DNA of 64,000 bases from Elusimicrobiota bacterium (GTDB taxonomy: Bacteria; Elusimicrobiota; Elusimicrobia; UBA1565; UBA9628), in assembly GCA_016212855.1 (NCBI GenBank), contig JACRDP010000020.1, positions 3,920 through 67,919 of the forward strand, written 5' to 3'. The notes under the pieces are model-generated. The model ran no database searches. It had not been told where the DNA came from and was given only the letters and a program-made list of their open reading frames with translations. A program made the position numbers and the translations under genes. Of this stretch, positions 19,278-29,511 are shown piece by piece (positions within the stretch are counted from its first letter, which is position 1; every line of letters starts with the position of its first letter).

Positions 19278-20243
19278 ATGAAGCCCCGGATACTGGTCAC
19301 GCGACGCGTTCCGAAGGAGTGCCTAAACCTGCTCAAGCCGTACTTCCAGATCGAGCACTATAATAAGGACACCGCCATCCCGCGCGCAAGGCTGCTGCGC
19401 AGCCTCAAGGATAAAGAGGGCCTGCTGTGCCTGCTCACCGACAAGGTCGACCACGAGCTGCTCAGCGCCGCGCCCAAGCTCAAAGTCGTCTCGACCTTCT
19501 CCGTCGGCTACGACCATGTCGACGTGCCCGCCTGCTCGGCGCGCGGTGTCGTCGTGACCAACACGCCCGGCGTGCTCACCGAGTCCACGGCGGACTTCAC
19601 CTGGGCCCTGCTCATGTCGGCGGCGCGCCGCGTCGTCGAGGGCGACGCGTACATGCGCGGCGGCAAGTACAAGGGCTGGGATCCGCTCATGCTGCTCGGC
19701 ACCGATGTCAACGGCAAGACGCTCGGCATCGTCGGCTTCGGACGCATCGGCCAGGCCGTGGCCAAACGCGCGGGCGGCTTCGCGATGAAGATCGTTTATT
19801 ATGACACCCGCCGCGCGGCGCCCGAGGCGGAAGCGGCGCTGGGCGCGCGCTTCGTGCCGCTCGACGAGCTCCTGCGCGAGTCGGACTTCGTCTCGATCCA
19901 CACCGTCCTCGACGCGGGGACGCGCCACCTCATCGACGCGCGCGCCTTCGGCCTCATGAAGACGTCGGCCTATCTCATCAACGCCGCGCGCGGTCCCATC
20001 GTCGATGAGAAGGCGCTCGTGAAGGCCCTCAAGACCGGCAAAATCCGCGGCGCCGGCCTCGACGTCTATGAATGGGAACCGAAGATGGCGACGGGTCTCG
20101 CGTCCTGCAGGAGCGCCGTGCTCGCGCCGCACCTCGCGAGCGCCTCTCTCGAGACGCGCACCAAGATGGGCGAGATGTCGGCCTCCGGGCTCGTCGACGA
20201 GCTCGCGCGCCGGACGCCTTCGCCCTACCGCGTCGCGGCTTGA
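19278..20243 (+). CDS. D-2-hydroxyacid dehydrogenase (glyoxylate reductase-like)
   Basis: SVGYDHVD, TNTPGVLTESTAD, GIVGFGRIG, INAARG, GLDVYEWEP, PHLAS. Confidence 0.92.
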   Translation: MKPRILVTRRVPKECLNLLKPYFQIEHYNKDTAIPRARLLRSLKDKEGLLCLLTDKVDHELLSAAPKLKVVSTFSVGYDHVDVPACSARGVVVTNTPGVLTESTADFTWALLMSAARRVVEGDAYMRGGKYKGWDPLMLLGTDVNGKTLGIVGFGRIGQAVAKRAGGFAMKIVYYDTRRAAPEAEAALGARFVPLDELLRESDFVSIHTVLDAGTRHLIDARAFGLMKTSAYLINAARGPIVDEKALVKALKTGKIRGAGLDVYEWEPKMATGLASCRSAVLAPHLASASLETRTKMGEMSASGLVDELARRTPSPYRVAA

Positions 20244-20896
20244 GGCGGCGGGGCCTTTAGAAAACGCCGCAGGGCCGCGATCGCGGTCTCCAGTCGGATC
20301 AGCATGAACAAGGTGATGTCCTCGCGCATGCCGGACTTATCCCTCATCACCGCGAGCAGGTCGGCCAGGTTCTTGCGCGCGCGCCGGATCACGCTGGCGC
20401 GGCGGAAATCGGTCTTGGGCTTGCGTTCGTAGATCGCTCGCAGCTTGTCGAGCTCGAGCCGGCGTTCGGCCTCCGCGACGAGGCCCTCCCAGATCTTGCC
20501 GCGCCGCTCCACGGGCAGAGCCTCGATATCGAAAAGGGTCCGGGGCTTCGCGTGCGTCAGGACTGCCTGTATCGCTTCGCGCCGCGTCTGCGGGTCGACG
20601 CCGGGCTCCAAATTAAAGGAGATATCCGCGAAATCGGCGGGCGTTAGAAGCTTCTCGAACGTTTCTTTGTGGTCTAGGAGAGAGCCCGGCTTTAAGAACG
20701 ACTCCTTCAGTTCCGAGAGCAATTTCGCCGCGGCCTCGTCGTAGAGCGCGCGCTTGTAGGAGCGCAGCGGCTCCTCGCATTCATCGAGCTTGCGGCGCAT
20801 GTAGCCCCAGGGATCGGGCTCGTAGTTGCGCACGGCCTTCGGGAAGCTCGCCGCCTCGCCGAGACGGGCGAGGAGGGGGAGCGCCCCCGTGCTCAC
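20225..20896 (-). CDS. Hypothetical cytoplasmic helical protein
   Basis: GTG start overlapping upstream stop (GTGA); coding-like composition. Confidence 0.65.
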   Translation of the reverse strand: MSTGALPLLARLGEAASFPKAVRNYEPDPWGYMRRKLDECEEPLRSYKRALYDEAAAKLLSELKESFLKPGSLLDHKETFEKLLTPADFADISFNLEPGVDPQTRREAIQAVLTHAKPRTLFDIEALPVERRGKIWEGLVAEAERRLELDKLRAIYERKPKTDFRRASVIRRARKNLADLLAVMRDKSGMREDITLFMLIRLETAIAALRRFLKAPPPQAATR

Positions 20897-21603
20897 GGCT
20901 TTTTCTCGACTTTGTCGGGCAGGGAGTGCAGGAAGTACTCGGCCGGAAAGCGCCCGCCGGGCCCGTTTTCGTCCCAGGCCATGAAGTCGTACACGCTCGG
21001 GCGGCCGTCGGCCCACGGATCGAACACGAGGCAGACGACCGGGGATTCGACCGGAGCGCAGACCACGGCGCCGGTGTGGTAGGGCCGCGCGGTCCGGCGA
21101 TCGTCGCGGGGCGCCCAGTGCTCGAGTTCCATGTTCGTGAACTCGAACCAGATGATGTCCGACCAGTCCCGGCACAGGCCCTTTTCGCGCTTGTTCAGGG
21201 AGACGAGCCGGGCCAACTCTTGCTTCTTGTCGAAGATGGCGCCGCGCACCCGCTTGTCGTTGTACGGATCGTCCGGGGCGACCTTCGCGAGCTTTGCCTC
21301 GAGCGCGGCGAGTTCCTTCTGGCGCAGCGAGATCATGCCTGTCAGCAGGCGCGCGGGTTGGAAGGGTTCGTCGACGTTCTCGATGACGGCCTCGCTGAGC
21401 ACGCCGGTTTGCCAGCCGGCGTCGAGCTTCTTGGCGATGAGGTCCTTGTAGCGGCGGTACATCTTCTTGAGCTCGACGCGGGCCTCAGGGGGGAGCGCGT
21501 CGACGAACTCGCGGGCTTTTTGCGCGCGCAGTCCGGTCTCCGCCTGGCCTTCCTGGGCGGGGGCGGGGACGGCCAGCAGCAAGGCGAAAGCCAGGGCTCG
21601 CAC
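20893..21603 (-). CDS. Secreted protein with putative papain/transglutaminase-like Cys-His-Asp triad
   Basis: Signal peptide; GLCRDWS, PYHTGAV, LVFDPW; promoter TTGACG-17-TATCCT-6-GTG. Confidence 0.65.
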   Translation of the reverse strand: MRALAFALLLAVPAPAQEGQAETGLRAQKAREFVDALPPEARVELKKMYRRYKDLIAKKLDAGWQTGVLSEAVIENVDEPFQPARLLTGMISLRQKELAALEAKLAKVAPDDPYNDKRVRGAIFDKKQELARLVSLNKREKGLCRDWSDIIWFEFTNMELEHWAPRDDRRTARPYHTGAVVCAPVESPVVCLVFDPWADGRPSVYDFMAWDENGPGGRFPAEYFLHSLPDKVEKKP

Positions 21604-21735
21604 GACGAGAGGATAGTCGCGGGCGTCGTCGGCGTCAAGGCCCCGATCTTAACGACTATTTTGGAAGGGGCACTTCCTCGCGTATCGCTCGGTCGCCCTT
21701 GGCCCTCCATTCCATAATAGGTAGAATCACCGTCT

Positions 21736-23880
21736 ATGGTCACCACCGACTCCTACAACGACTGGCAGCTTCCGCCCCGCCTGGCCCGCCTCAAGGATCT
21801 TTCCTACAACCTTTGGTGGAGCTGGCATCCCGAAGCCCGCGCCTTGTTCAAGGAGATCGACCGCACGCTCTGGGCCGAGAACCATCACAACCCTGTTTCC
21901 CTGCTGCGCGGCGTGCCGGCTGAGCGCCTGCATGCGCTGGCCAAAGACGAAGGCTTTCTCGGACGCGTGGACGCCGTCATCGCTTCGTTCGACAAGTACA
22001 TGACGACGGACCAGACCTGGTTCGCCAAGAACCACCCCGAGATGAAGGGCAAGAACATTGGCTACTTCTCGGCCGAGTTCGGCGTCCACAACTCGCTCAA
22101 GATCTACTCCGGCGGCCTCGGCATATTGGCCGGCGACCATTGCAAGTCCGCGTCGGACCTCGGCGTGCCCTTGGTCGGCGTGGGCTTCATGTACCCCGAG
22201 GGCTACGTCGTCCAGAAGATCTCCTCCGACGGCTGGCAGCAGAACGTTTACGAGACGGTGAACTGGGGCGTCTCACCGGTGCGCCCCGTCTTTGGACCCT
22301 CCGGCGGGCGCGTTCTTTTAGATATCCCGCTTGGCCACGGCACGGTCAAGGTCGCGGTCTGGAAAGTCCAAGTCGGACGAGTGCCGCTGTTCTTGATGGA
22401 CACCAACGTCGACGGCAACTCGCCGCTCGACCGCGAGATTTCGGGTCGGCTTTACGGCGGAGACCGTACGATGCGCCTGCGCCAGGAGATCCTTCTCGGA
22501 ATCGGCGGCGTGCGCGTACTGCGCGCGCTCGGCGTGCACCCGTCGGTGTTCCACGCGAACGAGGGCCACTCCTCGTTCCTGTTTCTCGAGCTGGCCCGTG
22601 AGAAGGTCGCCGGCGGCATGAAGCTGGAGGAAGCCCTGCGGCAAGTCGGCGAGAACGCCGTGTTCACGACCCACACCCCCGTCGAGGCCGGCCACGACGT
22701 GTTCGCCGAGGAGATGATCGCGGAGTACTTCGCTTCGTATTGGCCCCAGCTGGGCGTGGACCGCGAGCGGTTCATGGAATTCGCGCGCGTGCCCGGCCAT
22801 GCCGGCTGGAACATGACCGCGCTCTCGCTCAAGATCGCCGGACGGCGCAACGCGGTGAGCCGCCGTCACGGCCAGGTGTCGCGCGAGATGTGGAGGAGCC
22901 TGTGGCCCGGGGCGCCGGAGAAGGATGTTCCGATCGCTCACGTGACCAACGGCGTGCATTTGCCCACCTGGGTCAACCAGGAGCTCGGCTCCCTATACGA
23001 CCGCTACCTCGGGGAGGATTGGCGCGAGCGCCAGGACGACCAGAAGGTCTGGGCGAAGGTCAGCGCGATCCCCGACGAGCTCTTGTGGATGCAGCACAAC
23101 AAGAACAAGAGCGCTTTGATGCAGATGATGCGCGCGCGGGCGCGCGGCCGCTGGATGAAGGAGCGGCACGACCCGGCGCAGGTGGTGGCGGGCGGCGCTT
23201 TGCTCGACCATTCGGCGCTCGTCATCGGCTTCGCGCGCCGCTTCGCCGGCTACAAGCGCGCCACGCTCATCCTCAAGGACGTCGAGCGTTTGAAGAAGCT
23301 GCTCTTCGATCCGTGGCGCCCCGTCCAGCTCGTGTTCGCGGGCAAGGCGCACCCGGCCGACGACGGCGGCAAGGCTCTTATTCAACAGGTGTACCGGCTG
23401 GCGAAGGACCCGGCGTTCGGCGGCCGCATCGCCTTCATCGAGGACTACGACATGCACGTCGCGCGCTACCTGGTGCAGGGCGTCGACATGTGGCTCAACA
23501 ATCCGTTGGCGCCCCTCGAGGCCTGCGGCACCTCCGGCGAGAAGGCCGGAGCCAACGGCGTGCCGAACTTCTCCGTGCTCGACGGCTGGTGGGAAGAGGG
23601 CTTCAACGGCGGCAACGGCTGGCCGATCGGCCAGGCCGGCGGACGCGGAGCGGGCCCGGAGGCCGACGCGGCCGACGCCGAGGACATCTATAGGGCGCTT
23701 GAGGAAAAGATCGTGCCGCTGTATTACGACCGCGATGAGATGGGCGTGCCGCGGGGCTGGGTGAAGGTGATGAAGGAGTCGATCCGCTCGGTCGCGCTCG
23801 AGTACGGGGCGGACCGGATGGTGAAGGACTACTGCAACATGCTTTACGCGCCGAAACGGGAGGTCGTCGCCTCACGGTGA
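21736..23880 (+). CDS. glgP: Alpha-glucan (glycogen) phosphorylase
   Basis: YFSAEFG, YSGGLGILAGDH, NEGH, TNGVH, FARRFAGYKR, EACGTSGEK. Confidence 0.96.
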   Translation: MVTTDSYNDWQLPPRLARLKDLSYNLWWSWHPEARALFKEIDRTLWAENHHNPVSLLRGVPAERLHALAKDEGFLGRVDAVIASFDKYMTTDQTWFAKNHPEMKGKNIGYFSAEFGVHNSLKIYSGGLGILAGDHCKSASDLGVPLVGVGFMYPEGYVVQKISSDGWQQNVYETVNWGVSPVRPVFGPSGGRVLLDIPLGHGTVKVAVWKVQVGRVPLFLMDTNVDGNSPLDREISGRLYGGDRTMRLRQEILLGIGGVRVLRALGVHPSVFHANEGHSSFLFLELAREKVAGGMKLEEALRQVGENAVFTTHTPVEAGHDVFAEEMIAEYFASYWPQLGVDRERFMEFARVPGHAGWNMTALSLKIAGRRNAVSRRHGQVSREMWRSLWPGAPEKDVPIAHVTNGVHLPTWVNQELGSLYDRYLGEDWRERQDDQKVWAKVSAIPDELLWMQHNKNKSALMQMMRARARGRWMKERHDPAQVVAGGALLDHSALVIGFARRFAGYKRATLILKDVERLKKLLFDPWRPVQLVFAGKAHPADDGGKALIQQVYRLAKDPAFGGRIAFIEDYDMHVARYLVQGVDMWLNNPLAPLEACGTSGEKAGANGVPNFSVLDGWWEEGFNGGNGWPIGQAGGRGAGPEADAADAEDIYRALEEKIVPLYYDRDEMGVPRGWVKVMKESIRSVALEYGADRMVKDYCNMLYAPKREVVASR

Positions 23881-26072
23881 GCGGAGCCATGGGCGTCGAT
23901 CTCGAGAAGCTGAACCCCGAACAAAGAGCCGGGGCCACCCATTTGGACGGGGCCCTGCTGGTGCTGGCCGGGGCGGGCACGGGCAAAACCCGGGTGATCA
24001 CCTACCGCATCGCGCGCCTGATCGAGACCGGGGTCTCACCGGACCGCATCCTCGCGGTGACGTTCACCAACAAGGCCGCGGGCGAGATGCGCCGCCGGCT
24101 CGAGGAGCTGGCGCCCGGCAAGGGCGCGCTCGTCTGGGCGTTCACGTTCCACTCGTTCTGCGCGAAGCTCGTGCGCATTCACCATCAGGAGCTGGGCCTG
24201 CCGCGGCACTTCACGATTTACGACCAGGGCGATCAGAAGAAGCTCGTCACCGAGTCGATGAAGGAGCTCGGACTCGACGACCAAAAGAGCAAGGCCGGGT
24301 TGTTCGTGAGCATCATCTCGCGCGCCAAGGACGACCTGCTCGATGCGGGCTCTTACGAAATTCATGCAATGAATTCGATCGACCAGTCGCGCCAGACCGC
24401 GGCGAAGATCTACAAGGTCTATCAGAGCAAGCTCGACAAGGCGGGAGCCCTCGACTTCGGCGATCTGCTGCTCAAGACCTGTCAGCTGTTGCGCGATCAC
24501 CCGAAGGTGCGCGAGCACTGGCAGGAGCATTTCACCCACCTGTTGGTGGACGAATATCAAGACACCAACCACGCCCAGTACGTCCTGACGAAAACTTTGG
24601 CGGCGAAACATAAAAATGTCTGCGTCGTCGGCGACGACGACCAATCCATCTACTCCTGGCGCGGGGCGAACATCCGCAACATCCTCGAGTTCGAGAAGGA
24701 TTTCCCGAACGTCAAGGTCGTCACCCTCGAGCAGAACTATCGCTCCACCGGCCGCATCCTCGACGCCGCCGCGCTCGTCATCCACCACAACAAGACGCGC
24801 AAGTCGAAGAAATTGTGGACGAAGGCCGCGCCGGGCGACGAGGTCCGCGTGCAGGAGCTTCCCAACGAGCACGAGGAAGCCACCTACGTCGTGCGCCGCA
24901 TCCAGGACGAGGTGCAGAACAACGGACGCTCATTAAAAGACAGCGCGGTGTTCTATCGCACGAACGCGCAATCGCGTTCGTTTGAAGAAGCGATGCGCCG
25001 CGCGCGCATTCCCTACAAGATCGTCGGCGCCATGCGCTTCTACGAGCGCAAGGAAATCAAGGACGCGATGGCGTACGCGCGCATCGTCGTCAACAAGCGC
25101 GACTCCGTCTCGCTCGACCGCGTCATCAACTGCCCGCCGCGCGGTCTCGGCGCGAAGAGCCTCGAGCTTGCCGAAAACTACGCCGCCCATCACGGCCTGA
25201 CCCTCTGGGATGCCTTCTGGGCGCACGGCCAGATCGACGGGCTCGGCGCCAAGGCGCACGGCGCTTTCGACGACTTCACTCAGACTTTGGAGAAGCTGCG
25301 CTCGACCGTGGAAGGCCTGCCCGCCGGCGGCGCGATGGCGCTCATCTTCGAGACGACCGGCTACTGGGCCTGGATCGAGTCCGAGATGGAGCACGATCCC
25401 GAGGCCGCCGGGCGCCTGGCCAACTTGCAGGAGCTTCTCAACGCCGTCAAAGAGTACGACGACAAGGAGAAGCAGAACGGCCGCGTCAGCACCTTGGCCA
25501 CCTATCTTGAAGAGGTCGCGTTACAGACCGGCCTCGACGACTACGATGAGAACACGCCCGCGGTCACGCTCATGACCATCCACCTGGCCAAGGGCCTCGA
25601 GTACCCCGTCGTGTTCCTGACCGGGCTCGAGGAGGGCTTGTTCCCGATCGGCGGCGGCAACGCGACGCCCGAGGATCTGGAAGAAGAGCGCCGCCTGTGC
25701 TACGTGGGCATCACGCGCGCCCGCGAGCGGCTGTACCTGACCTACGCCGCCACGCGCCGCCTGTTCGGCCAGGTGTACGCGAGCCTGCCCTCGCGCTTCA
25801 TCATCGAGGCGAAGCTTTTCGGTTCCGGCCGCTCTACAACGGCGAGTGGAAGCGGCACTTCCTCGCCTTATGGCTCGGTCGCCGCTTCGACTCCTGTGCG
25901 TGCGGCGGCGACGGGTTTCAAGAACGGCCAGCGCGTGAAACACCCGCAGTTCGGCCGGGGCATCGTCTCCGACATCTCCGGCGCGGGAGACACGATGAAG
26001 GTGACGGTCAGATTCGACGACGGGCGCGTGGCCAAGCTGCTCACCCGCTACGCCCCCCTGGAGCCCGCCTGA
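23877..26072 (+). CDS. pcrA: ATP-dependent DNA helicase PcrA/UvrD
   Basis: AGAGTGKT, TFTNKAA, VDEYQDTN, QNYRS, IHLAKGLE, EERRLCYVGITRA, C-terminal Tudor-like VKHPQFG. Confidence 0.96.
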   Translation: MSGAMGVDLEKLNPEQRAGATHLDGALLVLAGAGTGKTRVITYRIARLIETGVSPDRILAVTFTNKAAGEMRRRLEELAPGKGALVWAFTFHSFCAKLVRIHHQELGLPRHFTIYDQGDQKKLVTESMKELGLDDQKSKAGLFVSIISRAKDDLLDAGSYEIHAMNSIDQSRQTAAKIYKVYQSKLDKAGALDFGDLLLKTCQLLRDHPKVREHWQEHFTHLLVDEYQDTNHAQYVLTKTLAAKHKNVCVVGDDDQSIYSWRGANIRNILEFEKDFPNVKVVTLEQNYRSTGRILDAAALVIHHNKTRKSKKLWTKAAPGDEVRVQELPNEHEEATYVVRRIQDEVQNNGRSLKDSAVFYRTNAQSRSFEEAMRRARIPYKIVGAMRFYERKEIKDAMAYARIVVNKRDSVSLDRVINCPPRGLGAKSLELAENYAAHHGLTLWDAFWAHGQIDGLGAKAHGAFDDFTQTLEKLRSTVEGLPAGGAMALIFETTGYWAWIESEMEHDPEAAGRLANLQELLNAVKEYDDKEKQNGRVSTLATYLEEVALQTGLDDYDENTPAVTLMTIHLAKGLEYPVVFLTGLEEGLFPIGGGNATPEDLEEERRLCYVGITRARERLYLTYAATRRLFGQVYASLPSRFIIEAKLFGSGRSTTASGSGTSSPYGSVAASTPVRAAATGFKNGQRVKHPQFGRGIVSDISGAGDTMKVTVRFDDGRVAKLLTRYAPLEPA

Positions 26073-26359
26073 TGAGCGTGTCCGACGCCGACGTCAAGAA
26101 AATCGCCAAGCTCGCGCGCCTGCGCCTGAGCGACGCCGAGGTCGCGCTGTACGGCGGCCAGCTGACGAAGATCCTGGACTCGATGGCCGAGCTCGCCAAG
26201 GCCGACACCGCCAACGTGCCTCCGACGACGTCGGTGCTCGGCGCGGTGAACGTGATGCGCGAGGACGAGCCCAAGCCCTTCGAGGACATCGAGGCCCTGC
26301 TCGCCCACGCGCCCGATCGCGACGGCCCCTACTTCAAGGTGAAGAAGGTGATCGAATGA
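26072..26359 (+). CDS. gatC: Asp/Glu-tRNA amidotransferase subunit C
   Basis: DVKKIAKLARL, NVMRED, APDRDGPYFKVKKVI. Confidence 0.92.
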   Translation: MSVSDADVKKIAKLARLRLSDAEVALYGGQLTKILDSMAELAKADTANVPPTTSVLGAVNVMREDEPKPFEDIEALLAHAPDRDGPYFKVKKVIE

Positions 26360-27603
26360 TCCGTCCCGCGCTGGTCCTGTTGCTCCTGGCCCCGGCGGCC
26401 CGCGCCGCCTCGACGCCCGACGCGAAGGCCAAGCGCACCTTGGCCTCGGCGATCCGGCTTTATCACAAGCTCGACCTGAGCGAGGCCGCGGCCCGCTTCG
26501 ACGAGGCGATCGAGTCCGTCCCCGGCTGGAAGACGGCCGCGGGCTTCCGCGCGACATGCCGTTGGACCTTGGGCGACGTCGCCGGCGCGGGCGAGGACGC
26601 CAAGCTCGCCGCCAAGCTCAAGCCCGTCGACGCCGCCTCCTACGCCGCGCGCGGCAAGGCCCGTCTCATCCTCAAGGATTTCGAGGGCGCCCAGGCCGAC
26701 TTCCTGGCCGCGGCCGAGGCCGACCCTCGCTCCATCGAGGGCCCGCTCGGCGGCGGCAGCGTGCTGGCCGCGATGGGCAAGCCGCGCGACGCGCTGGTGC
26801 CGCTGAACACCGCGGTCAAGCGCGACCCCGGCTCGGCCGCCGCGTTGCTCATGCGCGGCTCGGTCAAGGAGCGCGTGCGCGACTTCCGCGGCGCGGTGGA
26901 CGACTACGCTTCCATCATCGAGCTCAATCCCAAATTTCCGTGGGCGCGCTACTACCGGGGCAAGGTCCTGCGCGAGCTCAAGGATTATCGCGGCGCGGAC
27001 GCGGACTTCTCCGCCTTCCTCGAGGGCAACGAGGACCACGAGGATGCGCATTACCTGCGCTCGAACGTGCGCTTCCTGCTCGGCGACTACCGCGGCGCGA
27101 TCGCGGACCTGACCAAGGTGATCGCCGTGAACCCGCGCAAGGGGCTCGCCTACTCCAACCGCGGCCAGACGCGCGCGCTCACCGGCGACAAGGCCGGGGC
27201 CGTCGCGGATTTGAGGAAGGCGCTCGAACTCGATCCCCAGCGCCGCGACAAGATTCAGGCCGCGATCGCCGCGATCGAGGCCGACGCGGCGCCGGCGCCG
27301 GAGCCGGAACCCGAGCCCGAGCTCGCGCCGCCGTCCCGCGCGTCCGAAACCGCCGCGCCGCGCCGCGCGCGCGACGACGGCCGCGACGCGCCCTCCTTCG
27401 GCGACGACGGTCCCGCCGTGAGCATCGAGAAGTCGGGCAAGGACATCGCGCCCAAGAGGGTCAAGGCCCCGACGCTCGATCTCGAGGACGAATTGCCGGC
27501 GAAGCCGGAGAAGGCGGAGCCGGGGCCGGGGCGTCGCGGGCGTAAAGAGCCTCCGACTGAAAGACACAACGGCGAAGAAGAGTCGCTCTTTATCGATAAA
27601 TAA
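26356..27603 (+). CDS. Secreted TPR-repeat protein with Pro/Glu-rich tail
   Basis: Signal peptide; repeats such as AYSNRG...GAVADLRKALELDP; APAPEPEPEP linker. Confidence 0.85.
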   Translation: MIRPALVLLLLAPAARAASTPDAKAKRTLASAIRLYHKLDLSEAAARFDEAIESVPGWKTAAGFRATCRWTLGDVAGAGEDAKLAAKLKPVDAASYAARGKARLILKDFEGAQADFLAAAEADPRSIEGPLGGGSVLAAMGKPRDALVPLNTAVKRDPGSAAALLMRGSVKERVRDFRGAVDDYASIIELNPKFPWARYYRGKVLRELKDYRGADADFSAFLEGNEDHEDAHYLRSNVRFLLGDYRGAIADLTKVIAVNPRKGLAYSNRGQTRALTGDKAGAVADLRKALELDPQRRDKIQAAIAAIEADAAPAPEPEPEPELAPPSRASETAAPRRARDDGRDAPSFGDDGPAVSIEKSGKDIAPKRVKAPTLDLEDELPAKPEKAEPGPGRRGRKEPPTERHNGEEESLFIDK

Positions 27604-29055
27604 ATGGAACTCACTCAGCAAACCGCAGCCAAGATCGCGAGCGCCGTTAGGAACGGCGAAACGACGGCGGAAGCCGTCGCGACGGCTCACTTCGCCCGAA
27701 TTGAGAAGCTCGACGGCACCGTTAAAGCGTTTCTGAACGCGACCAAGGACGCCGCCCTCGCGCGCGCGCGCGACATCGACGCCCGTCGCAAGAAAGGGGA
27801 AAAGCTCGGCGCGCTCGCCGGAGTTCCCGTCGCCCTCAAGGACAACATCCAGCTCAAGGGCGTGGAAACGACGTGCGCGTCCAAGATATTGAAGGGACAT
27901 ATCGCCGCGTACGACGCCACGGTCGTCGAACGTTTGAAGAATGCGGACGCGATCTTCGTCGGGAAGACCAACTTGGATGAGTTCGCCATGGGCTCCTCGA
28001 CTGAGAACTCCGCCTTCCAGAAGACGACCAATCCCTGGGACGCCGCCTGCGTGCCCGGCGGCTCCTCCGGCGGTTCGGCCGCGGCCGCCGCGGCCGGGAT
28101 GTGCTCGTTTTCCCTGGGCAGCGACACCGGCGGCTCGATACGCCAGCCCGCCGCGTTCTGCGGCGTCGTCGGCCTCAAGCCGACCTACGGCCTCGTCTCG
28201 CGCTACGGCCTCGTCGCGTTCGCCTCGTCGCTCGATCAGATCGGCCCGTTCACGCGCACCGTGTCGGACGCCGAGCTCGCCTTGTCGGTGATCGGTGGCC
28301 ACGATCCTAAGGATACGACGTCTGCCCCGAACGAGCCCGCCCCTATTTCTGCGGCGCCCAAGGACCTGAAGGGTCTACGCATCGGCCTTCCCAAAGAGTA
28401 TTTCATCGAAGGCCTCGATCCCGAGGTGGAGAAGTCGGTGCGCGACGCCGTGGCGGTGCTCAAGTCGCTCGGCGCCGAGATCAAAGAGGTGTCGCTCCCG
28501 CACACCAAGTACGCGATCGCGACCTATTACATCATCGCCCCGTCCGAGGCCTCCTCGAACCTGGCGCGCTTCGACGGCATCCGCTACGGCTTTATGGACC
28601 GGGCGGCGACGAACCTGCAGGAAGTTTACGAGATGACGCGCGGCGCCGGCTTCGGCTCCGAGGTTAAGCGCCGCATCATGCTCGGGACCTACGCGCTGTC
28701 CTCCGGCTACTACGACGCGTATTACTCGAAGGCTCAGCGTGTGCGCACCTTGATGGCGAACGACTTCAAAGAGGTCTTCAAGCAGGTGGATCTCATCGCG
28801 GCGCCGACGACTCCGACGCCGCCGTTCCGCTTCGGCGAGAAGACCAACGACCCCATCGCGATGTATCTGTCGGACATATTTACCATCCCTTCCAACATGG
28901 CGGGTAATGCCTCGGTTTCTATTCCGTGCGGATTCTCGAAGAAGGGAATGCCGATTGGTCTCCAACTCATCGCCGACGTCTTTCAGGAAAAGAAGATGTT
29001 ATCGACGGCGAAGGCGTACGAGACGCTCAAGCCGTTCGCCTTGCTGAAGGGATGA
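27604..29055 (+). CDS. gatA: Asp/Glu-tRNA amidotransferase subunit A
   Basis: [45 protein letters not shown]. Confidence 0.97.
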   Translation: MELTQQTAAKIASAVRNGETTAEAVATAHFARIEKLDGTVKAFLNATKDAALARARDIDARRKKGEKLGALAGVPVALKDNIQLKGVETTCASKILKGHIAAYDATVVERLKNADAIFVGKTNLDEFAMGSSTENSAFQKTTNPWDAACVPGGSSGGSAAAAAAGMCSFSLGSDTGGSIRQPAAFCGVVGLKPTYGLVSRYGLVAFASSLDQIGPFTRTVSDAELALSVIGGHDPKDTTSAPNEPAPISAAPKDLKGLRIGLPKEYFIEGLDPEVEKSVRDAVAVLKSLGAEIKEVSLPHTKYAIATYYIIAPSEASSNLARFDGIRYGFMDRAATNLQEVYEMTRGAGFGSEVKRRIMLGTYALSSGYYDAYYSKAQRVRTLMANDFKEVFKQVDLIAAPTTPTPPFRFGEKTNDPIAMYLSDIFTIPSNMAGNASVSIPCGFSKKGMPIGLQLIADVFQEKKMLSTAKAYETLKPFALLKG

Positions 29056-29462
29056 AAGAAGCCAAGGAATACGCCGCGGGCGGGATCGTCGGAAAGAACG
29101 GCAAGGTTCTGCTCGTGAAGGTGACGAATCTGCAGGGGGAGGTCGTGTGGACCTTTCCCAAGGGACATCTCGAGAAGAACGAGACCCCGCTGAAGGCCGC
29201 TTTGCGCGAAGTCGAAGAAGAGACGGGCTGGAGATGCCGGAAGACGGGGTCGCTGGCCTTGGTCCGCTACCGGTTCAACCGCAATGGGCGGCCGGTGGCG
29301 AAAAAGGTGCGGTGGTACCGCATGGAACCGATTGAGAAAACGGGGAGGCCCGACGCGCATGAGATCATGAACACCAAATGGGTGGCGGCGGGCATGGCCG
29401 GGAAGTCATTGTCGTACCCGAGCGATTTAAAGCTGATTGGACGTTATATAGGGAAGCTGTGA
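29052..29462 (+). CDS. NUDIX hydrolase (Ap4A hydrolase-like)
   Basis: [27 protein letters not shown] Nudix box; ATGA overlap with gatA. Confidence 0.88.
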   Translation: MKEAKEYAAGGIVGKNGKVLLVKVTNLQGEVVWTFPKGHLEKNETPLKAALREVEEETGWRCRKTGSLALVRYRFNRNGRPVAKKVRWYRMEPIEKTGRPDAHEIMNTKWVAAGMAGKSLSYPSDLKLIGRYIGKL

Positions 29463-29511
29463 CCGGTTTGCGGTGGACTGTAATCGAATATAAGAGAATA
29501 ATGGGGATCGG

